This document shows positions 43,830-52,841 of a stretch of DNA of 64,000 nucleotides, piece after piece. Made by a program: the position numbers and the translations under genes. The notes below the pieces were generated by a model. That model was given only the letters and a program-made list of their open reading frames with translations, was not told where the DNA came from and made no database searches. This DNA comes from an uncultured Gemmatimonadales bacterium (GTDB lineage Bacteria > Gemmatimonadota > Gemmatimonadetes > Gemmatimonadales > GWC2-71-9), in the NCBI GenBank assembly GCA_963755425.1, contig CAVWJI010000001.1:414697-478696 (forward strand), in the 5' to 3' direction. How positions within the stretch are numbered: the first letter of the stretch is position 1; every line of letters begins with the position of its first letter.

Positions 43830-45683
43830 GTGAACATCCGTAACCTCGCCATCATTGCCCACGTTGATCACGGCAAGACCACGCTGGTGGACCAGATGCT
43901 CCGCCAGGCGGGGGCATTCCGTGCCAATCAGCAGGTGGCGGAACGGGTGATGGATTCGAATCCGCTGGAACGCGAGCGGGGCATCACCATCCTGGCCAAG
44001 AACACCTCGGTCGTGTGGCACGGCACCAAGATCAACATCGTCGACACCCCCGGTCACGCCGATTTCGGCGGTGAAGTCGAGCGCATCCTGCGCATGGTCG
44101 ACGGCGTGCTGATCCTGGTCGACGCGGCCGAAGGGCCGATGCCGCAGACCCGGTTCGTGACCCGGAAGGCGCTGGGCCTCGGCCTGCAGCCGATCGTGGC
44201 GATCAACAAGATCGACCGCGCCGATGCCGAACCGATGCGGGTGCACGACGAGGTGCTGTCGCTGTTCATCGACCTGGAGGCAAGCGAGCAGCAGCTCGAT
44301 TGCCCGTTCCTCTATACCTCGAGCCGCCACGGTACCGCGTCGCTCTCGCTCGACGAGCCCAGCGCCAATCTCGATCCGCTGTTCGAGGCGATCCTCGAAA
44401 CCGTGCCTCCGCCGTCCGGCAATCCCGATCTGCCGTTCCAGATGCTGATCTCGACGCTCGACTTCTCCCCCTTTCTCGGGCGGATCGCCATCGGGCGCGT
44501 CGAGCGCGGCCGGATCGCCGTCGGCGACCGGGTGGCGCTGCTGCCGCTGGGCGAGCCCGGCCTGGTCACCGATCCCGCCGGCGTCGAGGAGAACCGCGTT
44601 ACGCGGCTCTACACCTTCGACGGCCTCGACCGGGTGGAAGTCGCTTCGGCCGACGCTGGCGACATCGTGGCGCTCGCCGGATTCGACGGCCTCGACATCG
44701 GCAAGACCTTTTCCGCCGCCGACGTCCCCGAGCGGCTGGCCGGCATTGCGGTGGAAGAACCCACCATCTCGGTGGACTTCATCGTCAACAACTCCCCGTT
44801 CGCCGGGCGCGACGGCAAGTACGTCACCTCGCGGCAGGTGCGCGACCGGCTCTTCAAGGAGCTCGAGCGCAACGTTGCCCTCCGGGTCGAGGAAACCGAC
44901 TCGCCCGATACCCATACCGTCTCCGGCCGCGGCGAATTGCACCTGGCGGTGTTGATGGAGACCATGCGGCGCGAAGGGTTCGAATTCCAGGTCTCCCGTC
45001 CCCGCGTGATCCTCAAGGAGGGGAACGACGGCGAACGGCTGGAGCCATGGGAGGAGTTGACAGTTGACGTGCCCGAGAGCTACATGGGCGTCATCATGGA
45101 GCGGTTGGGACCACGCCGGGCGGAAATGAGCGAAATGCGCAACCCCGGGCAGGGGTCGGTGCGGCTCACGTTCCGGATTCCCGCCCGCGGGCTCTTCGGG
45201 TACCGGTCGGAGTTCCTGACCGACACCCGGGGAACCGGCACGCTGCACCATCGTTTCCTGGAATACGGCCCCTGGGCCGGGCCGCTCAGCGGCCGCAAGC
45301 GCGGGGTCCTGGTGGCCGATCGCGAGGCCTTGGTGGTGGCCTTCGCCCTCGGCAACCTGCAGGAGCGGGCCCAGATGTTCGTGGCCCCCGGCGAGCAGGT
45401 CTACGAAGGGATGATCGTGGGCGAGAGTGCTCGCCCCGGTGACATGGACGTCAACGTCGGCAAGGAAAAGAAGCTGACCAACATGCGTACCACCGCCACC
45501 GACGACAACGTGGTGCTGGAACCGCCGCGCGAGATCACCCTGGAATACGCCCTGGAATACATCGAGGAAGACGAGTTGATCGAGGTGACCCCGCTCAACA
45601 TCCGCCTCAGGAAGCGGGTGCTGCAGGCCACCGAGCGCCGCAAGGCGCAGCGCGCGGCGAATCGGGTCGCCGGCGCATCCTGA
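43830..45683 (+). CDS. typA: translational GTPase TypA/BipA
   Basis: Intact 617-aa ORF with a GTG start. Motifs are [33 protein letters not shown] and NKIDR, plus a BipA-type C-terminal domain. Confidence 0.95.
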   Translation: MNIRNLAIIAHVDHGKTTLVDQMLRQAGAFRANQQVAERVMDSNPLERERGITILAKNTSVVWHGTKINIVDTPGHADFGGEVERILRMVDGVLILVDAAEGPMPQTRFVTRKALGLGLQPIVAINKIDRADAEPMRVHDEVLSLFIDLEASEQQLDCPFLYTSSRHGTASLSLDEPSANLDPLFEAILETVPPPSGNPDLPFQMLISTLDFSPFLGRIAIGRVERGRIAVGDRVALLPLGEPGLVTDPAGVEENRVTRLYTFDGLDRVEVASADAGDIVALAGFDGLDIGKTFSAADVPERLAGIAVEEPTISVDFIVNNSPFAGRDGKYVTSRQVRDRLFKELERNVALRVEETDSPDTHTVSGRGELHLAVLMETMRREGFEFQVSRPRVILKEGNDGERLEPWEELTVDVPESYMGVIMERLGPRRAEMSEMRNPGQGSVRLTFRIPARGLFGYRSEFLTDTRGTGTLHHRFLEYGPWAGPLSGRKRGVLVADREALVVAFALGNLQERAQMFVAPGEQVYEGMIVGESARPGDMDVNVGKEKKLTNMRTTATDDNVVLEPPREITLEYALEYIEEDELIEVTPLNIRLRKRVLQATERRKAQRAANRVAGAS

Positions 45684-45739
45684 CCCCAGGAACCGAAGGA
45701 GTTCCTGTCACCCCGGAGTTCGGAACCGTGGAGGCTACC

Positions 45740-45973
45740 ATGTCGGCGTGGGAGGTATCCGTCGAAGCGTCGCAGCTCGAGCTGACCGCGCGGCGGCGAT
45801 TCGATGGCGACGAGGACGAGGAGGTCGAAGAAGAGCAGTTCGACTTCGACGACGAGGACGAGGAGTACGACGACGACGAAGACGAAGAGTTCGACGACGA
45901 CGAGGAAGACGTCGACGACGACGAGGAGTTCGAAGACGACTTCTCGTTCGAGGAAGACGAGGAAGAGTCGTAA
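45740..45973 (+). CDS. small hyper-acidic (D/E-rich) protein of unknown function
   Basis: SD GGAGG lies 5 nt before the ATG at 45740. The 77 aa are mostly D/E with interspersed F/Y and have GC-rich third positions. The antisense poly-Ser ORF has no such support. Confidence 0.5.
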   Translation: MSAWEVSVEASQLELTARRRFDGDEDEEVEEEQFDFDDEDEEYDDDEDEEFDDDEEDVDDDEEFEDDFSFEEDEEES

Positions 45974-46075
45974 GCCGGAAACCGACGCCGACGTGCTACC
46001 CGCCCCGCGGAATGGCGGGGCGTCGCATTTCTTTTCGGCGGTCGCGCGGAGAACGGCAGCGCCTCTGGCTCCATT

Positions 46076-46221
46076 GTCATCCCGAGCCGCAGGCGAGAGC
46101 CGGCCCCGAGCGAAGCGAGGGAGGTCTCAATGCCGGGGAGTCGCCGATGTCATCCCGAGCCGAAGGCGAGAGCCGGCCCCGAGCGAAGCGAGGGGGATCT
46201 CAATGCCGGGGAGTCGCCGAT
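46076..46221. repeat. two tandem copies of a 73-bp intergenic repeat element (REP/MITE-like)
   Basis: Copy A (46076-46148) and copy B (46149-46221) differ at about 3-4 positions. Both start GTCATCCCGAGCCG and end GGGGAGTCGCCGAT. A shorter relative lies at 51095-51143. Confidence 0.9.
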
Positions 46222-47045
46222 GCCCGGCGGGCGAGTGCCGCCAGGCGGAGCACCCGTCCTGTCACGCCGCCGCGCCGGAAGCCCTCCCGTTCGAGCACGC
46301 CGATCGCCGTCTGCATCACTCCCGGGGCGCCCGGCGTCACGCGGTGCAGTCGGCGATGGTGCCAGACGGTCTGGAGCAGGATCCGCACGTGCCGCATCCC
46401 CCGGGTCGACAGGTTGCCGTGGTTCATCCGCCGGAAGCGGACCATCGGATCGGGGATGAACACCACCCGGTGGCCTGCCGCCACCAGGCGCGTGCTCAGG
46501 TCCCAGTCCTCCATCAGCCGCCGGTCGGGCGACCAGCCGCCCACCGCCTGCAACGCCTCGCGCCGGATCATGAGCGCCGACGGCAGCACCCGGTTCTGGT
46601 AGAGCTGGGTCGGCAGGTCGAGCACCAGCGGCTTGTTGCGGTGCACCGTTTCCCTGCCACCCGGTTTGACCGAGATCAGGGCGCTGTGCACGGCGTGAAT
46701 GTCCGGGTCGCTCTCCAGCAGCGCCGCCTGCGCCGCGAGTTTGCCGGGCAGCCACACGTCGTCGCCGTCGAGGTACGCGATGAATTCCGCGGTAGTGGCG
46801 TCGCTTCCCGTGCGTCGGGCGGCGCCGGCGCCAAGGTTGCTGGCGTGACGCAGCACGCGCACCCGCGGGTCGACGGCGTCGAGCGAGCGGGCCGAGCCGG
46901 GTGGCGAGGCGTCGTCGACCACCACGATCTCGTCGGCGGGTCGCGATTGGTCGAGCACCGACCGGATCGCCTCGGGAAAGAAGCGATCGTCCCGGTAGAA
47001 CGTCACCACCGCCGCGACGCGCGGCCGTGCGCCGGTGTCGGTCAT
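46200..47045 (-). CDS. glycosyltransferase family 2
   Basis: The ATG at 47045 overlaps the upstream stop (ATGA). Motifs are VVTFYRDDRF..., VVVDDASPPGS and YLDGDDVW. The 3' end runs into repeat copy B. Confidence 0.85.
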   Translation of the reverse strand: MTDTGARPRVAAVVTFYRDDRFFPEAIRSVLDQSRPADEIVVVDDASPPGSARSLDAVDPRVRVLRHASNLGAGAARRTGSDATTAEFIAYLDGDDVWLPGKLAAQAALLESDPDIHAVHSALISVKPGGRETVHRNKPLVLDLPTQLYQNRVLPSALMIRREALQAVGGWSPDRRLMEDWDLSTRLVAAGHRVVFIPDPMVRFRRMNHGNLSTRGMRHVRILLQTVWHHRRLHRVTPGAPGVMQTAIGVLEREGFRRGGVTGRVLRLAALARRASATPRH

Positions 47046-47902
47046 GCCGGCAACGAGTCGCGCAGCGGCGGCCCCAGCATCGCCGCGACCAGGCCATAGG
47101 CCGCGCCGCGCCACCCGCCGGCCATGTCGTGCCGGTCGGCCAGCGCCTGCGCCAGGCGCCGCCGGGCGGCCCCCGCGCCGAAGTGCCGCTCGATCAGCTC
47201 GCGATCGAGACGGACCGTGAGGCGCCACCGGCGGAGGGCACGCCAGTGCTGGCTGTTCAGGCCGCCGGTGTCTCCCACGCGATAATTCACCGCCGGTTCG
47301 GACACCAGCGGGATCGGGCCGAACCGGTCCAGCAGGCGAATCACCAGGTCCCAGTCCTCGATGATCTCCCGCTCCGGGCGCCACCCGCCGATTGCCGTGA
47401 GCGCGTCGCGGCGCACCAGCATGCCCGTCGTCAACGCGTGCGATCGCACCAGCGCTTCACGCACGTCGAGCATGGCGGGTTTGTCATGGTACCGCGCCGT
47501 GGTGCCATCGGGGTACCGTTTGACGGTCGTGGCGTAGCACCCGGCTGCCCGCGGATGACGGCCCATCGTCGCCACCGCCGCTTCGAGATACGAGGCCTCC
47601 CACCAGTCATCGGCGTCGAGATACGCCACCAGTTCGGCGTCGGTCGCCTCCGTGCCGGTCTGCCGCGTGTTGCTCACCCCCAGGTTGTGCTGATGGACGA
47701 TCACCGTGACGCCGTCGCCGAGCATCTCGAGTGCGCCGCGTTCGTTGCCCGGAGTCGCGTCGTCGACCACCACGACCTGCACCGGCGGCCGGGTCTGCCG
47801 ACGCACCGATGCCACCGCCTCGGCCACCCAGCGGCCGGCGCGGTAGAACGGGATCACGACCGCGATGCGCGGCGATGGCCCGAGTGGCGCCAGGTCACTC
47901 AT
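47042..47902 (-). CDS. glycosyltransferase family 2 (tandem paralogue)
   Basis: Intact 286-aa ORF with VVIPFYRAGRW, VVVDDATPGN and YLDADDWW. Confidence 0.85.
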   Translation of the reverse strand: MSDLAPLGPSPRIAVVIPFYRAGRWVAEAVASVRRQTRPPVQVVVVDDATPGNERGALEMLGDGVTVIVHQHNLGVSNTRQTGTEATDAELVAYLDADDWWEASYLEAAVATMGRHPRAAGCYATTVKRYPDGTTARYHDKPAMLDVREALVRSHALTTGMLVRRDALTAIGGWRPEREIIEDWDLVIRLLDRFGPIPLVSEPAVNYRVGDTGGLNSQHWRALRRWRLTVRLDRELIERHFGAGAARRRLAQALADRHDMAGGWRGAAYGLVAAMLGPPLRDSLPA

Positions 47903-49505
47903 CCGGAAAGAGCTCCGGGACGGCGCTGCCGAACGGTGTCGGCGGCGCGCACTCCAGCCACCGCGCGAACGTCGGCGGCAGGTCCAGGGTAGAAATCAGG
48001 CGGTCGACGTGACCCGCCGGCACGCCGGCGCCGTGCACGAACAGCAGGCCGCGGATCCGGTGGGCACCGGTGCGCCCCCCGCCGTAGCGATGCTCGATGA
48101 CACCGGTGCGGTCGGAATGGCCGCGCCACGTACTGCCGGTGCCGCGTCCCACCGCCGAGCTGCCGCGCGCCGGCGTCTCGTGCCATTCGATGATCAGGTC
48201 GGGGAGGTCGTTGGTGCGGGGACCGGGATGCACCTCGGCCGTGCGCAACACCCGGTCCACCAGCGGCGCCCCCGTGTCGGCGTCGGTGAACGTCGCCAGG
48301 CCCGCCACCAGTTCGCCGGCGAAGCGGTCCGCTTCGGCGCCCGGCTCGAGAATGCCCCCGGGCTCGCGGCCGCGGAGGTTGAAGCGGACCCCCGACGTCC
48401 GCGCGTCGGCGCCGAAACCCATCGGAAACGCGCGCGTCGCGGACGGGACGATGTCGATCGGTTCGCCGCGCTTCAGCCAGCGGGTGTTGACCCACTGCCG
48501 GGCCTCGTAGAGTTGCACGCGCCTCGACCGGATCCACCGGCTCAGGGCGCCGGGGTGACGCGCCTCATCGCCGCCGGAAGACCCGGACGGCATGGACGAC
48601 CCCACCGACTTGCGCGACGACGCGCGCCGGTATGCCCCGAGTCCTTCCAGCATGTACGGCAGCAGCAGGGAGGAGCCGCAGCTCTGCTCCATCCCGTGGA
48701 TCGAACCGGTCACCACGATGGTGTCGTCGGGCACGACGGCCAGGATCTTGCCCACGGCGGTGTCCGCGGCGACGTAGATCTCCCGCAGCAGGTCGCCGTT
48801 CTGGCGCAGGTCGTCCGGATCGGCGCCAGGATGCGCGCCGTCGTGATAGTGCCAGAGGAGGTGTCCGCCGCAATGGAATTCGGTGAAGACCTGCAGGCCG
48901 AAATCCCACGTGCCATCGGCGAGAAACGTCGTGGTCATGTCGGCCCGCAGCTCGGTGCCGCGGATCATCCGGTTGGCGAGGTCGCGGTATCCCGCCGCAT
49001 CGAGGCGGCGGGTGTCGCACGCCAGCGGCGCGGGGTATTCGCCCCAGCGGCGGGTGACCTCGCCGGCCAGCCGTGCGGGAGACGTTCGCAACCCGGTGAC
49101 CCCGTCGTGGCTTCCCCATTCGCTGACCTGCACGCCGCGCAGTTGCGAGGGCACGGGCGCGAACGGCACATCGAGAATCACGCTGCGGCGTCCGGCGTCG
49201 CTGAACGATTTCCAGAAGGGGACCAGGTGCGCAAAGTCGTGCCCGGTCATCCGCTGCTTGCGGTAGGTGCCGGGGATCACCCGGTCGATCCAGCAGACGC
49301 CGTGGTGCCCGGCCGGCAGCCCGGTGTAGAATGTCGGCCACGTGGCCCCTACCTCGAGCCCCGTCGGTCCTTCGATGTCGAGCGACACCCCCTCACGCGC
49401 CAGCCGGGCCAGATTGGGGAGCGTGCCGTCTCCGGTCCACTGCCGCAGCAACGCGGGGGTGGCCGCGTCGAGCGCCAGCATCAGCACCTTGCGGGGTCGG
49501 GGCAC
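47895..49505 (-). CDS. alkaline-phosphatase-superfamily protein (type I phosphodiesterase/nucleotide pyrophosphatase-like)
   Basis: Intact 536-aa ORF with a GTG start. The N-terminus KVLMLALDAATPALL...LPNLARLAREG...WPTFYTG is typical of the Phosphodiest-type AlkP core. Confidence 0.75.
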   Translation of the reverse strand: MPRPRKVLMLALDAATPALLRQWTGDGTLPNLARLAREGVSLDIEGPTGLEVGATWPTFYTGLPAGHHGVCWIDRVIPGTYRKQRMTGHDFAHLVPFWKSFSDAGRRSVILDVPFAPVPSQLRGVQVSEWGSHDGVTGLRTSPARLAGEVTRRWGEYPAPLACDTRRLDAAGYRDLANRMIRGTELRADMTTTFLADGTWDFGLQVFTEFHCGGHLLWHYHDGAHPGADPDDLRQNGDLLREIYVAADTAVGKILAVVPDDTIVVTGSIHGMEQSCGSSLLLPYMLEGLGAYRRASSRKSVGSSMPSGSSGGDEARHPGALSRWIRSRRVQLYEARQWVNTRWLKRGEPIDIVPSATRAFPMGFGADARTSGVRFNLRGREPGGILEPGAEADRFAGELVAGLATFTDADTGAPLVDRVLRTAEVHPGPRTNDLPDLIIEWHETPARGSSAVGRGTGSTWRGHSDRTGVIEHRYGGGRTGAHRIRGLLFVHGAGVPAGHVDRLISTLDLPPTFARWLECAPPTPFGSAVPELFPDE

Positions 49506-49610
49506 CGGATGCTCCTGGGAGACGGGGATGACTGCCGGTGAATCTTATGAAATGACGGCAATCCCGTGTGCCCGCAAGTCCCGCGCCCACAGGCGCCGGG
49601 CTGAGTCCCC

Positions 49611-51055
49611 GTGCACCGCGACGCGCTGAACGCCGAGCCGGACGCCGGCTGGCAGGCGGCGGTGTGCGTAGTCGGGGCGGGCCCGGCCGGTCTCGTGGTG
49701 GCCGACGCGCTGGCGCGACAAGGTGTGGACGTGGTGCTGATCGAAAGCGGCGGCGACTCCGCCGGCCCCGCCGGCGGTCTCAACGCCGGTACCGTCGACG
49801 GCTGGACGCAGGACCTCTGTGCCTCGCGCGGCCGCGGGGTGGGCGGCACGGCAACCCTCTGGAACACCATTCGCCACGGGGAAGCCGGGGCGAAATATGT
49901 CCCGCTCGACACCGTCGATCTGCTGGCGCGTGCCGAGCTTCCCCACAGCGGCTGGCCGTTCGGATTCGACGAACTCGCGCCGTGGTATCGCGCCGCGCGC
50001 GAGTTGCTCGGCGTGGCCGAGGATGCGGCCGGCACGCGCCGCGACCCCCGGCTGCCGTCGCTCCCCTTTCCGCCGGAAAGTCTGACCACGGATGTCTATC
50101 GCTGGGGGCCGGCGGCGCTGTTCTGCCGCACCCTTCCCGAGCGGCTGCGACAGCACGGCAACGTGACGCTGCTCACCAACGCCACCGTGACGTCGATGTC
50201 GTCGTCGGATCGCGGCGTCGAGGCGGTTCATTGGACCACGCTCGACGGCAGGCGCGGCACCGTCAGCGCGCAGAGCTTCGTCCTGGCCCTGGGCGCCATC
50301 GAGAACGCCCGGTTCCTGCTGGCACCGGGACCGGCGGCGGCACGGCATCGGTGGCTGGGCCGCGGCCTGATGGAGCATCCCATCGATCGCTCGCTCACGA
50401 TCGTGAGCCGTCACCGTGCCCTCTCGCCCGTCCGGGGCGGTATGCCGCGGAAGGCCGAGCCGGGCGCGAAGAGCTCATCGGACGGATCGGCTGTTCGGGA
50501 GAGTTGCTCACGACGGAGCGATTGTGGAACGCGTCGTTGCGGCTCTATCCTGATCGCGAGCGGCGGGTGCGGCGGATTGCCAAGCGATTGCAGGCCGTCG
50601 GCGGCGGTCACCCGGCAACGCGGTACCGGGTGCTGTTCGATCTCGAGCAGGCGCCGCACCGCGACAATCGCGTCACGCTGGGCGCGGCGTGTGACCGGTT
50701 CGGCGTTCCGATGGTTGCGGTGCACTGGCGCTGGCGGGAAGACGACGAAGCGAACCGGGTGCGGATGGCGGTCGCCATGCAGCGCGAGTTTTCGCGCAGC
50801 GGGGCGGGCGAGGTGACGCGACGCGAGGGCGGGGACGTCGATCCCGACGTGCATCATCATGCCGGGACGACGCGGATGCACCGCAGTGCCGCCGAGGGTG
50901 TAGTCGATGCCGACCTCAAGGTGCACGGCGTGGCAAATCTCTACGTGGCGGGGGCATCGGTCTTTCCCACCAGCGGCGTGGCGAACCCGACGCTGACCAT
51001 CGTGGCGTTGTCGCTGCGGTTGGCGCGTGAGCTGGGGCGGAAGGTGGCCGCGTAG
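49611..51055 (+). CDS. GMC-family FAD-dependent oxidoreductase (one frameshift near 50440)
   Basis: N-terminal Rossmann motif VCVVGAGPAGLVVA. The C-terminal GMC signature HHHAGTTRM...VVDADLKVHGVANLYVAGASVFPTSGVANPTLTIVAL lies in ORF 49568..51055. Confidence 0.85.
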
Positions 51056-51094
51056 ACGGTCGCAGCATGCCACCACAGGCCCTCGGGCTCCGCT

Positions 51095-51143
51095 GTCATA
51101 CCGAGCCGCAGGCGAGCGATCTCGATGCCGGGGTGTAGCCGAT
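51095..51143. repeat. short copy of the 46076-type repeat element
   Basis: The sequence GTCATACCGAGCCGCAGGCGAG--CGATCTCGATGCCGGGGTGTAGCCGAT aligns with both ends of the 73-bp unit and lacks about 24 internal nt. Confidence 0.7.
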
Positions 51144-51402
51144 GCGCGACGGGCGAGAGGGCCTCTCCGCGCTCCCGCATCACGTCCCTGAGTCGGCGTC
51201 AGACGTTGGCGTGCTTGCTCCGCGAAACGTCGCTGCTAGGCCCTCTGGCCCGTCGCTCCGGATGAGCTCACGACCGGCTAATTGCGCGATTCCTCGCGCT
51301 GCTGGGCCGCTACGCATCAATGGGTACCGCGCCGCGCGGCATTGTTTCCCGCTTGCGCCGAGCGTAGCGTTAGGGTGGCATCGAACCGTTACCGGGGGTG
51401 CG

Positions 51403-51927
51403 ATGCCGCTCACGCTCAGGTTGTCGCAGCAGTTCTACGACCGGCTGGGAACCGAGGTCGTCAATGAGTTGGTCGACGTGCTGAACAGCGCCGATGCGGC
51501 CTATCGCTCGGATCTTTACCAGGTCAACGAGCTCAACTTCGTGCGTTTCGACGCCCGCCTGGAGCAGCGGTTGGCGGAGTTTGAGACGAGGGTCGAGCGG
51601 CGGATTTCGGCGTTCGAGGCCGGGATCGAGCGGCGGTTGGCGGAGTTCGAGACAAAGGTTGAACGGCGGCTGGCGCAGTTCGAGGCGACGATCGAGCGGC
51701 GGATGTCGGAGTTCGAGGCGAAGGTCGAGCGGCGACTGGAGCAGCGAATCGCGGATTCGGAACAGAAGTTCGAGGCGAAACTCGCCGACACCAACGGCAA
51801 GATCGACCAGCTGAGCGAGCGGATGACGAAGCAATATGGCAGCACGATCCGGTGGATGTTCACCTTCTGGACCGGTCAATTCCTGGCGTTGGGCGGCCTG
51901 ATGTACCTCCTGTTGCACGCGAAGTAG
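51403..51927 (+). CDS. coiled-coil membrane-anchored protein (DUF1640/CCDC90-like) with 11-residue repeats
   Basis: The ATG at 51403 lies inside ORF 51142..51927. Five to six ERRLAEFETKV-type repeats are followed by a C-terminal TM helix, WMFTFWTGQFLALGGLMYLLL. Confidence 0.7.
   Translation: MPLTLRLSQQFYDRLGTEVVNELVDVLNSADAAYRSDLYQVNELNFVRFDARLEQRLAEFETRVERRISAFEAGIERRLAEFETKVERRLAQFEATIERRMSEFEAKVERRLEQRIADSEQKFEAKLADTNGKIDQLSERMTKQYGSTIRWMFTFWTGQFLALGGLMYLLLHAK
51562..51759 (+). repeat. in-frame 33-bp tandem repeat (about 6 units) inside the coiled-coil gene
   Basis: Units begin GAGCGGCGG (ERR) every 33 nt from 51562. Confidence 0.9.
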
Positions 51928-52022
51928 GCGACGGTAGGTCGCGGGTGGTGGGCTGGAATGATCCCGGTTGTGAGCCGCGGGCTTGGCCGGGTGGCCTCGG
52001 CGATTAGTTTTCCGCCCTGCCG

Positions 52023-52096
<74 letters not shown>

Positions 52097-52302
52097 TTGA
52101 TTCGAACTCCTTGCCCCGCCACGGGTTCTACGATCGGCGGGGCGTTCCATTCAGGTATCCGTCTCAGCGTGGTGTCCATTGCTGTGTCCATTGGTGCCGA
52201 CCTCACGCCAACTTGGCTTGATCAAGATCGAGATCAGCGAGAACAGACACCCAAAGAGCTGGGAACTTTGTTTCCGACACCGCCATCCAGGACCGCTTCT
52301 GC

Positions 52303-52725
52303 ATGCTTGTCACGGAGTTACTCTGGTTTGGGCTGCTCGCGGCTATTGCGGGGATGGCGAACAACGTCGCCCACGGAGCGAAACAGCGGACTCGGATCAC
52401 TGATTGGCTCTTCGCCCAATACGGGGGCGCGATCCTGCTTGTGGGAGCACAGTGCTTCGGGCTCCGCGGGCCGCTTCAGTTGTTGCTGTCGCTCGGCGGG
52501 GTAATTGCGGTCGTTGTCTCAGGCGTCCGGCTCCACCGACTCAGGGAGGAAGCCGAAGACGAGCGCGCTAGGCTCCGAGCCGCATCCTTCTTTCAAGCGC
52601 TTCCCGCATCGTCACCGGATCAGGCCGCTGAGAGCGCAGCACCTGCGTCTGACGATCTCCTGTTCAAAGGGCTTGAATCAGGGGTGAGCGGACGGCGAGG
52701 CCGGAGCCGCGGGGACCAGTCGTGA
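52303..52725 (+). CDS. hypothetical membrane protein
   Basis: A 140-aa ORF in a visibly lower-GC stretch next to the tRNA. It has two to three hydrophobic helices and no recognisable family. Confidence 0.35.
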   Translation: MLVTELLWFGLLAAIAGMANNVAHGAKQRTRITDWLFAQYGGAILLVGAQCFGLRGPLQLLLSLGGVIAVVVSGVRLHRLREEAEDERARLRAASFFQALPASSPDQAAESAAPASDDLLFKGLESGVSGRRGRSRGDQS

Positions 52726-52841
52726 CGGCCACGTCGCGACCCACAAGATATATTGTCCGACACTGACAGATCCGATCTCGCGCCGGAGTCGGAAACGACG
52801 CTGATCCGAGCACCACTTTCAGGGCTGACCGGAGAGAATGC

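Noticed and set aside
45607-46080. Poly-serine ORF on the minus strand opposite the acidic ORF.
   Set aside because: It is the antisense image of GAC/GAG/GAA-rich DNA. It has no SD or sensible start, whereas the + strand ORF has GGAGG followed by an ATG.
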